A stretch of 64,000 nt of DNA, taken from positions 1-64,000 of IMG/VR virus record IMGVR_UViG_3300037264_001603; one strand, written 5' to 3'. The translations under genes and the position numbers were made by a program. This document shows, piece by piece, positions 37,416 to 46,352 of this stretch. A model generated the notes under the pieces. That model did not search any database. It was not told the DNA's origin and saw only the letters and a list, made by a program, of their open reading frames with translations. Numbering within the stretch: the first letter of the stretch is position 1; each line of letters starts with the position of its first letter. This DNA is from a virus.

Positions 37416-37444
37416 TTGCTAATTTGTGATTCACCACGTATAAT
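37416..37444 (+). promoter_or_regulatory. sigma70-like promoter
   Basis: TTGCTA-17nt-TATAAT. Confidence 0.7.
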
Positions 37445-37466
37445 TCCTTAGTAAGGAGATCATCTC

Positions 37467-38117
37467 ATGAGTAAGCTCAACGCTGGAACTCTCGTACTCA
37501 ACCGTAGTTGGTTGGCAGTACAGGTCTGTTCTGTTAAGCGTGCTATCGCTTTGGTCTATCAAGGCCACGCCAAGGTTGTAGCTACAGATGGTCAAGCTTA
37601 CGACTTTGAGGATTGGTCTCAAGTATCGCAAATCATGACCGAGGTGGGCGACGAAGAGTTCATTCACTCCCCTACCCTACGGATCAAGATCCCCCGCGTA
37701 ATCGTCCTCATGTTCTACGACAAGCTGCCAAAACGAACGGTAAGTTTCAGCCGCAAGAACATCTTCGAGCGCGACAAGTACACCTGCCAGTATTGTGGTA
37801 CTCGTCCTCCGAGCAAGCGAGCTGCGCTAAAGTGGATGGAGCAAAAAGCCCTCACGTTCGACCACGTGGTTCCTAGATCCCAGGGTGGAAAGACCACTTG
37901 GGACAACATTGTAACTGCATGCTACGATTGTAACCGTAAGAAGGCAAACCGAACTCCGGAAGACATGGGTTGGCGTCTAAAGCGACGGCCAGATCGGCCA
38001 GATTGGCACCCTACTCTGAACATTCCGCTACGGATTATTCCGCACAAGGAATGGATCAACTTCCTGGATTTGGCTTATTACAACGTGGAGTTAGACAATG
38101 ACAACGAAGGCGGTTGA
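37467..38117 (+). CDS. HNH endonuclease (McrA-like)
   Basis: LVLN, RD.YTCQYCG, DHVVPRSQGG..TWDNIVTAC..CN..K. Confidence 0.92.
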   Translation: MSKLNAGTLVLNRSWLAVQVCSVKRAIALVYQGHAKVVATDGQAYDFEDWSQVSQIMTEVGDEEFIHSPTLRIKIPRVIVLMFYDKLPKRTVSFSRKNIFERDKYTCQYCGTRPPSKRAALKWMEQKALTFDHVVPRSQGGKTTWDNIVTACYDCNRKKANRTPEDMGWRLKRRPDRPDWHPTLNIPLRIIPHKEWINFLDLAYYNVELDNDNEGG

Positions 38118-38454
38118 GCTTTTCCAGTACCTTCGCGGGGCTGTTAGATCTGCCTATGGCACAGAAGATTTCCGTGGAAAGGCCGTGCTCTTTGTGGGAA
38201 TGGATCGGGTTGGACAGGAGTTACTTCTCCGGCTATGTCTAGATGAGGTTAGCCTGTTCTTTGCCGACCATCGAGTAACCAATTACTACCAGGCACACGC
38301 TGTTTGTGGGCAGGTGTCCCCGCATCAAGGGGAGCCTGTTGACATCACGCTGGATTTTGAAAACAAGATCTTGGTGGTAAGGGGCAAATCCCTACCACTG
38401 CCCAAGCTGGGACAAGAGGCTTATACCCAGGGGGTCCATGACTTTTACCTATAA
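38098..38454 (+). CDS. fragment resembling the NAD-binding domain of Leu/Phe/Val dehydrogenase
   Basis: AVRSAYGTEDFRGKAVLFVGMDRVG..L...L......FFAD. Confidence 0.5.
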   Translation: MTTKAVELFQYLRGAVRSAYGTEDFRGKAVLFVGMDRVGQELLLRLCLDEVSLFFADHRVTNYYQAHAVCGQVSPHQGEPVDITLDFENKILVVRGKSLPLPKLGQEAYTQGVHDFYL

Positions 38455-38463
38455 GGGGGAAGC

Positions 38464-38745
38464 ATGGTTATCGTACTTCTGGATACCGTTTCAATCCTGG
38501 AACATCGTTTGGGGTTCCTGGAAGGTATTTCCGAAATTGCGACCCAGTGTAATTGGGCCCCTGGCCAAATTCAGGAGCTGCATGATTATCTGCTCGACGA
38601 GGTAATCAAGATCGACAACTTGATGTTCGATACTTACGAAGAAACTGAAGATCCAGAATTGGCCTATCTCATTTGGGAAGCGCACATGGAAGACTTGAGG
38701 CGCTGGTTAGGCCTAATCTTGGGTATCAAGATCAAATACGTTTAG
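38464..38745 (+). CDS. hypothetical protein
   Basis: GGGGA SD. Confidence 0.6.
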   Translation: MVIVLLDTVSILEHRLGFLEGISEIATQCNWAPGQIQELHDYLLDEVIKIDNLMFDTYEETEDPELAYLIWEAHMEDLRRWLGLILGIKIKYV

Positions 38746-38754
38746 GAGAATCAC

Positions 38755-38997
38755 ATGAAGACCTTTTGGGCAGCAAGCCTGTTATCCGTACTTTTGGCCT
38801 CGGCGGCTTTAGCCGGCCAACCCGACCCCAACGAGCAGCGGCAGCAGCAAATGGCCCCGTCGGTAGTGGTAATTCCACAACCTGCCCCGGACAAAGATGA
38901 TGGCGGCAACACTTTGATTACAGTGGCCATTGTTGGTGCGGTGGGCGCAGTAGGTGCGGCCTACGTTTCTTCCCGGAGTCGAAAGAAGGGCGAGTAA
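38755..38997 (+). CDS. secreted, membrane-anchored small protein
   Basis: Signal peptide plus C-terminal TM and basic tail. Confidence 0.65.
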   Translation: MKTFWAASLLSVLLASAALAGQPDPNEQRQQQMAPSVVVIPQPAPDKDDGGNTLITVAIVGAVGAVGAAYVSSRSRKKGE

Positions 38998-40166
38998 TGT
39001 CCGTTTCGTATTGGCAGGACACTGGTGGCCCCAGAAAACGGGCTTACTCCCATGTAGTGATTATTGGGGCCGGTTTAGCTGGTCTATCTACCGCCTACTG
39101 GTTGCACAAGTTAGACCCTACGCTAAGCATAGCCATTGTAGACAAGGGCACCGTTGGGTACGGAGCATCAGGGCGCAATGCAGGTTTCATTACCTGCGGT
39201 TCTACAGAACACTTCTCCCGTATGGCATCTGCGTATGGGGAGAGCAAGGCAGAAGAGATTTGGAAGTTTACCGAATACAACCACCGCTTGATTGTCGAAA
39301 CCTTTGGGCTAGAGAGATTGCAGTCGGAATGCGAATACCGAAATTTGGGAAGTTGGACTCTGGCGGCTACGGAACACGAGATCCAGGTAATCGGTGAGAC
39401 TGTAAAGCATCTTCAAGGCAAGGGTGTGAATGTTCAATGGTACGACAAAAAGATCGTAGATAACTGGCTGCATTGTGAAGGGTTTCACGGCGGTGCCAAA
39501 TACGCAGACGACGGAGAAATTCATCCGGTAAAGTATCTGAACCTACTGCAGCAAGAATCTGGCGCAACGCTTTACACCAACCAGGAAGTCTTTGGTTTCG
39601 AAAGCGACGGGGATGCCGTACTTGTAAAAACCAATCAATTGGATCTCCGTGCCGAGGCTGTGGTCCTTTGTACTAATGCTTGGAGTGGGCAACTTTCCTC
39701 CTGGTTCCAAGACAAGATAGCACCTACACGCGGGCAGATTATCGTAACTGAGCCTGTCGCGCCGTTTCTAGAGCCTGCCTATTGCAGCTTTGTTCTAGAC
39801 TACTTCCGACAACTCGTTGATGGAAGAGTTTTGATTGGCGGCTTTCGCAATGCTGACATTGAACGCGAAGTAGGTTTCTCGGACGAAATCAATCCTACCA
39901 TCGACGAGAAGTTGGAAGGATTTTTGCACGATCATTTTCCTCGACTTCGTAATGCTCGCATCGACTATCGATGGAGCGGAGTCATGGGGTTCTCTGCAGA
40001 TGGTTATCCCATGGTCGGGGCCTTGAACGAAGACCCGCGGATCTTCTACAATGTGGGGTTTACCGCACACGGATTAGGGTTTACTTTTGCAACCGGGGAG
40101 CTGACAGCCAAGCTTATTCTTGAAGGACAAGATCCCGGAATTTTCAGTGGGAGAAGGTTCTCATGA
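38997..40166 (+). CDS. FAD-dependent oxidoreductase (DAO/PuuB-like)
   Basis: IIGAGLAGLSTA, GASGRNAG, RGQ, YFRQ, WSG, GFTAHG. Confidence 0.9.
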   Translation: MSVSYWQDTGGPRKRAYSHVVIIGAGLAGLSTAYWLHKLDPTLSIAIVDKGTVGYGASGRNAGFITCGSTEHFSRMASAYGESKAEEIWKFTEYNHRLIVETFGLERLQSECEYRNLGSWTLAATEHEIQVIGETVKHLQGKGVNVQWYDKKIVDNWLHCEGFHGGAKYADDGEIHPVKYLNLLQQESGATLYTNQEVFGFESDGDAVLVKTNQLDLRAEAVVLCTNAWSGQLSSWFQDKIAPTRGQIIVTEPVAPFLEPAYCSFVLDYFRQLVDGRVLIGGFRNADIEREVGFSDEINPTIDEKLEGFLHDHFPRLRNARIDYRWSGVMGFSADGYPMVGALNEDPRIFYNVGFTAHGLGFTFATGELTAKLILEGQDPGIFSGRRFS

Positions 40167-40480
40167 CTTTTGATGATCTAACGAGGGATTCGAAAGAACT
40201 ATTGGATCTCCGCCCGGACGGGTGGACATGTAGCACCCTTCGCGACATGGTAAAGCTAGCGGAGGAAACAGGTGAGGTGGCCGAATGTATGGTCAAATCA
40301 CACAAGACCAAGGAAGACTTGGGAGAAGAACTTTCTGATGTTTTGGTTGTAGTGGGAGTAATTGCTTTGCGTGCCGGAATTGATTTGAAGGCAGCACATC
40401 CCAAAAAGCAAGTCAAGAGAGTTCAGAAGTTGCTCAAAAGGTTTCACGGCGGAATTTACCCCTCAAAAATTGAGGGGTAG
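40163..40480 (+). CDS. MazG-like NTP pyrophosphohydrolase
   Basis: KLAEETGEVAE...EELSD. Confidence 0.85.
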   Translation: MTFDDLTRDSKELLDLRPDGWTCSTLRDMVKLAEETGEVAECMVKSHKTKEDLGEELSDVLVVVGVIALRAGIDLKAAHPKKQVKRVQKLLKRFHGGIYPSKIEG

Positions 40481-40554
40481 AAAATCACAATCCCCGATAC
40501 TAAAATCTCGCTTCAAAGTGTGGGTTCTGCGAGATCCCATTTGTAGGAGGACGT

Positions 40555-41391
40555 ATGATGGCTTATGATTCGCAATTCGTTCTGTGTGTATTACACAACG
40601 GTAGTCCCGTAAGGGAAATTGATGGCACAGCCCATCTTCCGTTTCACAGCGAGTACAAGATTCGTGTAAAGAACAAGCATTCGTTTTTGAGGGCAAAGGC
40701 CCGTGTGTGGGTAGATGGTCGACAGGTATCTAACCTCGGAGACTTCATTCTACAGCCCAATGAGACTTTGGATCTGGAAAGGTTTCTCGATGAATCCATG
40801 ACCAACGGACGACGTTTCAAGTTTGTCCCGCTTGGGGATGGTAGAGTCAACGATCCGACTGATCCGGAAAATGGCATCATCAAGGTAGAGTTCTATCGTG
40901 AGAAGCGATGGGATCCGCCGCGCATTACACCGAGACCGATTAAACGGTACGGTACCCAACCCGACTGGACTTACAATCAGAGTAATAGTGCAGGCCCTAT
41001 TCTTACTGGCGGAGGACGTTCCTCTTGCTCGGTGAACTACATGTCTAGCACCATTACCAGCTCTATTGTTTCTGAGCAGTCTCCCTTTGTTGAAGAAGGG
41101 GCCGGTGCCACAGTAGAAGGGGGTCATTCTGGACAGAACTTCGTGTATGGAAGTGATTTCCCGACTGAGCCTTATCCGGTAACGCTTCGATTGAACATTC
41201 GTGGTTTGGAACGTGGAAACTGGGACAACGAGTTTGAAATCTCTCCGCAGCCTCGGCCGCAGAAGAAGATGATCAAGTTCTGCCCCAATTGTGGAGCAAA
41301 GCGACATCGCCTGGCTGACAAGTTCTGCCATCGATGTGGTACTGCCTATCACCCACGCTACGACCAAGAGCGTGGACGTATTGTAAGATAG
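40555..41391 (+). CDS. beta-domain protein with C-terminal double zinc ribbon
   Basis: FCPNCG...FCHRCG; AGGAGG SD. Confidence 0.7.
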   Translation: MMAYDSQFVLCVLHNGSPVREIDGTAHLPFHSEYKIRVKNKHSFLRAKARVWVDGRQVSNLGDFILQPNETLDLERFLDESMTNGRRFKFVPLGDGRVNDPTDPENGIIKVEFYREKRWDPPRITPRPIKRYGTQPDWTYNQSNSAGPILTGGGRSSCSVNYMSSTITSSIVSEQSPFVEEGAGATVEGGHSGQNFVYGSDFPTEPYPVTLRLNIRGLERGNWDNEFEISPQPRPQKKMIKFCPNCGAKRHRLADKFCHRCGTAYHPRYDQERGRIVR

Positions 41392-41438
41392 CCTTTCAGT
41401 CCTGGTACGGAGGGGTACCAGGACTTCCAGGAGAGAGA

Positions 41439-41681
41439 ATGCCGGAACCTTGGAAAGTCATTACTTGCGGACAAGAGCAGTGTATGGCTGAAACATTAGA
41501 TGACAAAGGAAAAGTGAAACCGGAATACAAGATCTATCCGGACATTGATACCGCGGAGTTTACGCAGTTCACTTGCAAGAGATGCGGCCATGTTGAGACC
41601 TGGGGCGTTACCAGGCGCAGCGTGGCCAAAGTACTCTACGAAAGGCTAACGAATGCTGGAATGGGTTCAAACCTGGCCTGA
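41439..41681 (+). CDS. zinc-ribbon protein
   Basis: CxxxxC...CKRC. Confidence 0.6.
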   Translation: MPEPWKVITCGQEQCMAETLDDKGKVKPEYKIYPDIDTAEFTQFTCKRCGHVETWGVTRRSVAKVLYERLTNAGMGSNLA

Positions 41682-41901
41682 GTGGTTACAAACCGTATGG
41701 TTCTTTTACGTTACCTTTCACGACATAATCCAATGGGCGGTTATTGTCCTGTTTGGACTTACCGCCTGGGGACAACGTCATAAGAAGAGGCAGCTTGAGT
41801 TACTCATAGAGCACATCCATGAGGAATTGCATCAGCACATTCACGAGGATGCGTCGTTCCATGAGGATCTTGGGCAAAGCGGTATGACCAAAGGAGAGTA
41901 A
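41653..41901 (+). CDS. membrane protein with His-rich tail
   Basis: TM segment followed by HIHEELHQHIH. Confidence 0.6.
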   Translation: MLEWVQTWPEWLQTVWFFYVTFHDIIQWAVIVLFGLTAWGQRHKKRQLELLIEHIHEELHQHIHEDASFHEDLGQSGMTKGE

Positions 41902-42120
41902 ATGTCCTTGGTAAACAAAGAAAACCTCCTAGCTGCACAACACATGTACCTGAATAGAATTAAAACTCTTCAACGGGAAGTAAACCGTGTGGTAGACAAG
42001 GGTCTACAACTTGGAGAGGCCAACGCGCAGACAACAATGTCCGCTCTCGATGAAATCGAAAAGGAGCTAGAGGGCATCGATGAGTGTCTCACAGTCCTGA
42101 AGCATCTCTTTAGGAGTTAG
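41902..42120 (+). CDS. small coiled-coil protein
   Basis: AAGGAG SD. Confidence 0.65.
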   Translation: MSLVNKENLLAAQHMYLNRIKTLQREVNRVVDKGLQLGEANAQTTMSALDEIEKELEGIDECLTVLKHLFRS

Positions 42121-42121
42121 T

Positions 42122-42721
42122 ATGGATTTGCGTTTGTATCCCTTACGGGAAGAGGATTTTGATCGTATAATTGAACTGGGGGACTTGGTCCAAGGTAAGA
42201 ACTACTTGAACCCCGAGTCGATTAGCAAGATACACAGCATGAGTTATAGTCACGGCGCATGTTGTAGCTACGTCATGTATGATGGCCCCAGGATACATGG
42301 TAAGTTGATTGGCTTTCGGCTAACGTACGCGCCCGGGGTGTGGATACCCAATGAGTGGTGCTCCACCGAAGGTTGGCGAGCGCCGCCAGAAAAAGTCTGT
42401 TACTTCAAGTCCAATACCCTTCATCCGGATTACCAAGGAAAGGGGATTGGGCCCGTCCTGCTGAATGTCTCCATTGAATCAGTAAAACGAATGGGGGCGG
42501 TGGCAGGCGTTACGCACATCTGGATAGAAAGTCCTAGCAAGAGTGCGTACAAGTACTTTGCCAAAACCGGAGCAGAAACGCTCTGGATTTGGCCGGGACG
42601 TTGGAAAGACGACCTGGAGAATGAAGGATACCAATGCGCGGTCTGCTGCGCCGACGGACAAGTAAGAGCTTGTAGTTGTAATGCAGCCGAAATGATTCTA
42701 TACTTTGGAGAGGAACAATGA
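42122..42721 (+). CDS. GNAT acetyltransferase with C-terminal Cys cluster
   Basis: HPDYQGKGIG motif A; CxxC...CxC. Confidence 0.85.
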   Translation: MDLRLYPLREEDFDRIIELGDLVQGKNYLNPESISKIHSMSYSHGACCSYVMYDGPRIHGKLIGFRLTYAPGVWIPNEWCSTEGWRAPPEKVCYFKSNTLHPDYQGKGIGPVLLNVSIESVKRMGAVAGVTHIWIESPSKSAYKYFAKTGAETLWIWPGRWKDDLENEGYQCAVCCADGQVRACSCNAAEMILYFGEEQ

Positions 42722-43008
42722 GTACACAAGTGGTTGATGGGGTTTGGGTAATCGTTTGTGATTGGGTAGACGGGGGCGGAAATGCCTGCACTCAAGGACG
42801 CGATGGTGGCCCGCGCATGTTCGTAGATCCTGATGGTGGGAAAAAGCCCGAGAACCACTTTCAATGTGGCGCGCACCACGGGGTTCTGAAGCAAAAGGAT
42901 AAGCCCGAGTTTCAGCTTCCTGCTGATCACACGCTGAATGAGGCAGTTCTTCACCCCGGCCAAGAAACAGACGGAGTTGTGGTAGAAGAGGTAGATGATG
43001 TCGGATAG
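42718..43008 (+). CDS. hypothetical zinc-binding protein
   Basis: C...C...CxxH. Confidence 0.6.
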   Translation: MSTQVVDGVWVIVCDWVDGGGNACTQGRDGGPRMFVDPDGGKKPENHFQCGAHHGVLKQKDKPEFQLPADHTLNEAVLHPGQETDGVVVEEVDDVG

Positions 43009-43270
43009 TACTGCCCCCTCTACTCTGAAGACCGGCAAATACTCTATCCAGTTTTCTGGTAGTGGCACTACCATTTTTGCCGAAGAAGAGTTTGGAGACA
43101 AGAAGTGGATTGCCACGACCACCGACCCTGAAATGGCCATGACTATTGTCGAGGGTTTGATTTTGGTAGAACACAAACGGTTCTATCATCCTGAAACAAA
43201 ACCAGTGATCAAGGATCAAGAGAATAAACCTCTTCCCCCTTTCCTCAGGAGAGGGGTTGAGAAGTCCTAG
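42995..43270 (+). CDS. hypothetical protein
   Basis: GAGG SD. Confidence 0.6.
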   Translation: MMSDSTAPSTLKTGKYSIQFSGSGTTIFAEEEFGDKKWIATTTDPEMAMTIVEGLILVEHKRFYHPETKPVIKDQENKPLPPFLRRGVEKS

Positions 43271-43347
43271 GATCGCGTATACCGCGTTTTTCTAGGAGGG
43301 CCCGACTCTCGGGGTCGGCCCCCACACAAAACAAGGAGGGATGACCA

Positions 43348-43578
43348 ATGGGTGGATTCTTCCTACGACCGAAAGATACGAATCGAGCATCGAATGGCCA
43401 CATCAATGCCGAGCCAATCGGTGTGGTTTCTGATTACGAAGCAGAGTACACTGATGAAGCGGGTGTGGCAGTTCACCGCCGACGACATCCGTCGAATGCC
43501 ACTGAGCCAAAGGGCAATGCTCCGCTACCGGGGGGTAGCTGGAGAGGGGCTGTTTCTAAGTCCGGAAGGATTCGATAG
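43348..43578 (+). CDS. small hypothetical protein
   Basis: AAGGAGG SD with good spacing; stop coupled to the next GTG. Confidence 0.55.
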   Translation: MGGFFLRPKDTNRASNGHINAEPIGVVSDYEAEYTDEAGVAVHRRRHPSNATEPKGNAPLPGGSWRGAVSKSGRIR

Positions 43579-43841
43579 TGAGCGATTATCGACGAGTACA
43601 ATGTTTTGGCACTAAGCGCCGGCCGCGTAAGGCAGACGAGCCTTGTCGAAAGCAGTTTCTCTGGATTGCGCGCGGCGCTTCAGGTAACTTTGGTCGAAAG
43701 GGCGCACAGGCTTGTCCTAATTGTGGCACTTTGCCTAACTTCGATCATCCGTACAATAAGTTCTTGAGTGGCGACATTACTCACGAGCAAGCAGTTGCTC
43801 TGATGCCTGAGTACACAAAAAGTTTGGAAGAGAGCAAATAA
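43578..43841 (+). CDS. zinc-ribbon protein
   Basis: C...C...CPNC. Confidence 0.6.
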   Translation: MSDYRRVQCFGTKRRPRKADEPCRKQFLWIARGASGNFGRKGAQACPNCGTLPNFDHPYNKFLSGDITHEQAVALMPEYTKSLEESK

Positions 43842-43844
43842 CAA

Positions 43845-43873
43845 TTGACTTTCTTGGAAACTTGTCTTATCCT
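43845..43873 (+). promoter_or_regulatory. sigma70-like promoter
   Basis: TTGACT-17nt-TATCCT. Confidence 0.6.
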
Positions 43874-44008
43874 TAGGAAGCCTGTTGGGGTTGCTATTAG
43901 ATCTTATCTTAACCTACACTAAGATATCTTACTGAGTAGGGGCAAGAGCCAATTCCAAGCCTTACAGATTTCAAATTAGAACACGCGCGTACCAATGGGG
44001 AGATAGTT

Positions 44009-44827
44009 GTGAAGCAGTACTTAGACTTGCTTGAGGATTGTTTTTACGGAGAAGAGAAGGACGACAGGACAGGTGTAGGTACCACGGGTGTTTTCGGGAG
44101 ACAGCTCCGCTTCAATCTCCAAGATGGATTCCCTTTGCTCACGACCAAGAAGGTATTCACCAAAGCCATCATTCACGAACTGCTTTGGTTTATCACCGGC
44201 GAAACCAACATCCAATACCTGCAAGAGAATGGCGTTACCATTTGGGACGAGTGGGCAGATGCAGATGGAAACCTCGGACCTGTGTACGGACATCAGTGGC
44301 GGCATTGGCCTACCTACAAGGAAGTTGAGGATGGTTTGCTCATTCCAGGACCAGAGCTTGATCAACTTGATCAGGTAGTCAAGGATCTGAGAAAGAACCC
44401 CAGCTCCCGTAGGCACATCGTTACTGCGTGGAACCCAGCCGACGTACCAAATATGGCACTTCCGCCTTGTCACCTTCTGTACCAGTTCTATGCCGCCAAT
44501 GGTCGATTGTCGTGTCAGATGTACCAAAGAAGTTGTGACGTTTTCCTGGGAGTACCATTTAACATTGCGAGCTACGCCCTGTTGACGATGATGGTAGCGC
44601 AGGTAACTGGATTGGTACCCAACGAGTTCATTCACACCTTTGGCGACGTCCACCTGTACAAGAATCATCGTGAGCAAGCAATCGAGCAGTTGTCCCGCGA
44701 GCCCCGACCGCTTCCCAAGATGATCATCAATCCCGATGTGAAAGACATCGACGATTTCAAGTTCTCGGATTTCCAGTTGGTGGGGTACAATCCTCACCCA
44801 GCCATCAAGGCGGAGGTAGCGGTCTAA
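44009..44827 (+). CDS. thyA: thymidylate synthase
   Basis: [40 protein letters not shown]. Confidence 0.97.
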   Translation: MKQYLDLLEDCFYGEEKDDRTGVGTTGVFGRQLRFNLQDGFPLLTTKKVFTKAIIHELLWFITGETNIQYLQENGVTIWDEWADADGNLGPVYGHQWRHWPTYKEVEDGLLIPGPELDQLDQVVKDLRKNPSSRRHIVTAWNPADVPNMALPPCHLLYQFYAANGRLSCQMYQRSCDVFLGVPFNIASYALLTMMVAQVTGLVPNEFIHTFGDVHLYKNHREQAIEQLSREPRPLPKMIINPDVKDIDDFKFSDFQLVGYNPHPAIKAEVAV

Positions 44828-45474
44828 TGCTTTTGTCCCTTATCGTGGCGTATGCTAAGGATAGTGCTGGTGCGCGGGTGATTGGTTTGAAGAACCAAAT
44901 GCCTTGGCACTTTCCTCATGATTTGGAGCGCTTTCGAGAGCATACGTTGGATTGTGCAATCATTATGGGGCGCAAAACATTCGAGTCTATTGGGCGCGTT
45001 CTACCTCGGCGTGAGAACATTATCCTTACGCGGCAGCTTGACTATAAGGTCCCGGGAGCTTATATCTTCCATGATCTAGAAGCCGCTTTGGACTTTGCAG
45101 GCACCCGGAACAGCGAGGCCTTCATTATTGGGGGACAAGAGCTTTATGAGCAAACCCTAGAGCGGGCGGACCGGCTGTATTTGACTTCCTTCAAGATTTC
45201 TGGGATCGAAGGCGACTCCTTCTTCCCGAACTATGAGCTAAACAAATACAAGATGATTCACCACGAGAAGTCAGGCATTAGTGGGGATTGTTTCCGCATC
45301 CTGGAAAGAATTCGCTATACTGCCTCGCAGCAGGCAGGGTCCGAAGCCACTGCGTATTCCTCTATTACAGGAATGTCCACCGCAGCAGCAGCGGCCGGTC
45401 CTGGTCAAGACGAAGTAGAGGACGACGAGGAGGATGCAGTTCTTGTGCCTTGGGAAGTCGGGTATGTTCTCTAA
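44827..45474 (+). CDS. folA: dihydrofolate reductase with C-terminal extension
   Basis: IG..NQMPW, DL..F, IMGRKTFESI, LPRR, IIGG, GDSFFP. Confidence 0.93.
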   Translation: MLLSLIVAYAKDSAGARVIGLKNQMPWHFPHDLERFREHTLDCAIIMGRKTFESIGRVLPRRENIILTRQLDYKVPGAYIFHDLEAALDFAGTRNSEAFIIGGQELYEQTLERADRLYLTSFKISGIEGDSFFPNYELNKYKMIHHEKSGISGDCFRILERIRYTASQQAGSEATAYSSITGMSTAAAAAGPGQDEVEDDEEDAVLVPWEVGYVL

Positions 45475-45755
45475 TGGTGGAATTTAGAGGTGTCGTTAAC
45501 ATCAACGAACAAGGCGAGATTGTTTGCTTTTGTTCTCTAGAAGAGGCATTGCGTGGTCAGTGCTTGTGCCAGAACAAGTATGATTGTCCAGAAGCGATTA
45601 TCAGTGTCGAAACGCTTCCTGGGACTAAGCCATCCGAACGGGGTATAAGGCAAGTCGTGGTGGATACGGAGCGGGTGGCCAAGGAAGTAACCAAGATCAA
45701 GGAAGGCCTGTCTAGGTTGGAACAGGCTGTCAAGAAAACCAAGTTTAGACTTTAG
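45474..45755 (+). CDS. Cys-rich hypothetical protein
   Basis: Coupled start; CxC...CxC...C. Confidence 0.6.
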   Translation: MVEFRGVVNINEQGEIVCFCSLEEALRGQCLCQNKYDCPEAIISVETLPGTKPSERGIRQVVVDTERVAKEVTKIKEGLSRLEQAVKKTKFRL

Positions 45756-45770
45756 GGAAAAGGGGAACCC

Positions 45771-46352
45771 ATGCTTATCGTAGGATTTGGAACAACTGCC
45801 CAGGTGGGCAAGGACACCGCAGCGGAATATCTTGAGAAGAAGTACCCAGGACGAGTCAAGAGAGTAGCGTTTGCGGACAAGTTGAAAAAGATTGCGATGG
45901 ATCTTTTCGGTTTGAGTTGGGAGCAGTGCTATGGTTCCCAGCAAGTCAAGGAAGCAGTAGATCCTCGCTACGGAATGACGCCTCGTGAGATTCTCCAGGG
46001 AATTGGAGAAAAGATGCGACATGTGTTTCCGGATATCTGGGTAGACACAGTATTCAATACTACCATTCCGGAGTATGTTCAGCAGGGGTTTGATTGCTTT
46101 GTCATTTCCGATGTGCGCTACCCCAATGAAGCCAACAAGATTCACGCAATTGGCGGGTCGGTAGTGAAGGTAACTCGCAAGGGAAGTGGTGTAACGGTAG
46201 GTGCTTCTCATTCTAGCGAAACCTCAATGCAGGATTACAAAGAGTTTGACTTCATCCTTGAAAATAATGGCGACTTCCAAGAATATTTCTGGAAGATTGA
46301 CCAGCTGATGAAGGAGCTAAACTACAATGGCAGAGAAGAGAGACAAGACTGA
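45771..46352 (+). CDS. deoxynucleoside monophosphate kinase
   Basis: GKDT, FADKLK, PREILQ..G, SDVRYPNE, HSSE. Confidence 0.9.
   Translation: MLIVGFGTTAQVGKDTAAEYLEKKYPGRVKRVAFADKLKKIAMDLFGLSWEQCYGSQQVKEAVDPRYGMTPREILQGIGEKMRHVFPDIWVDTVFNTTIPEYVQQGFDCFVISDVRYPNEANKIHAIGGSVVKVTRKGSGVTVGASHSSETSMQDYKEFDFILENNGDFQEYFWKIDQLMKELNYNGREERQD

Noticed and set aside
37467-38117. HNH as a mobile homing endonuclease or intron ORF
   Set aside because: Free-standing with its own promoter and SD; no interrupted gene; resembles the cellular McrA-like family.
43352-43615. Alternative 87-aa overlapping ORF, and a 30-aa ORF from ATG 43341
   Set aside because: SD spacing and stop-start coupling favour 43348..43578; dual coding cannot be supported from sequence alone.
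44009-44827. ThyA as a base-modifying hydroxymethylase
   Set aside because: Canonical dUMP-specific motifs (PFNIASY) and adjacent DHFR indicate an ordinary thymidylate synthase.
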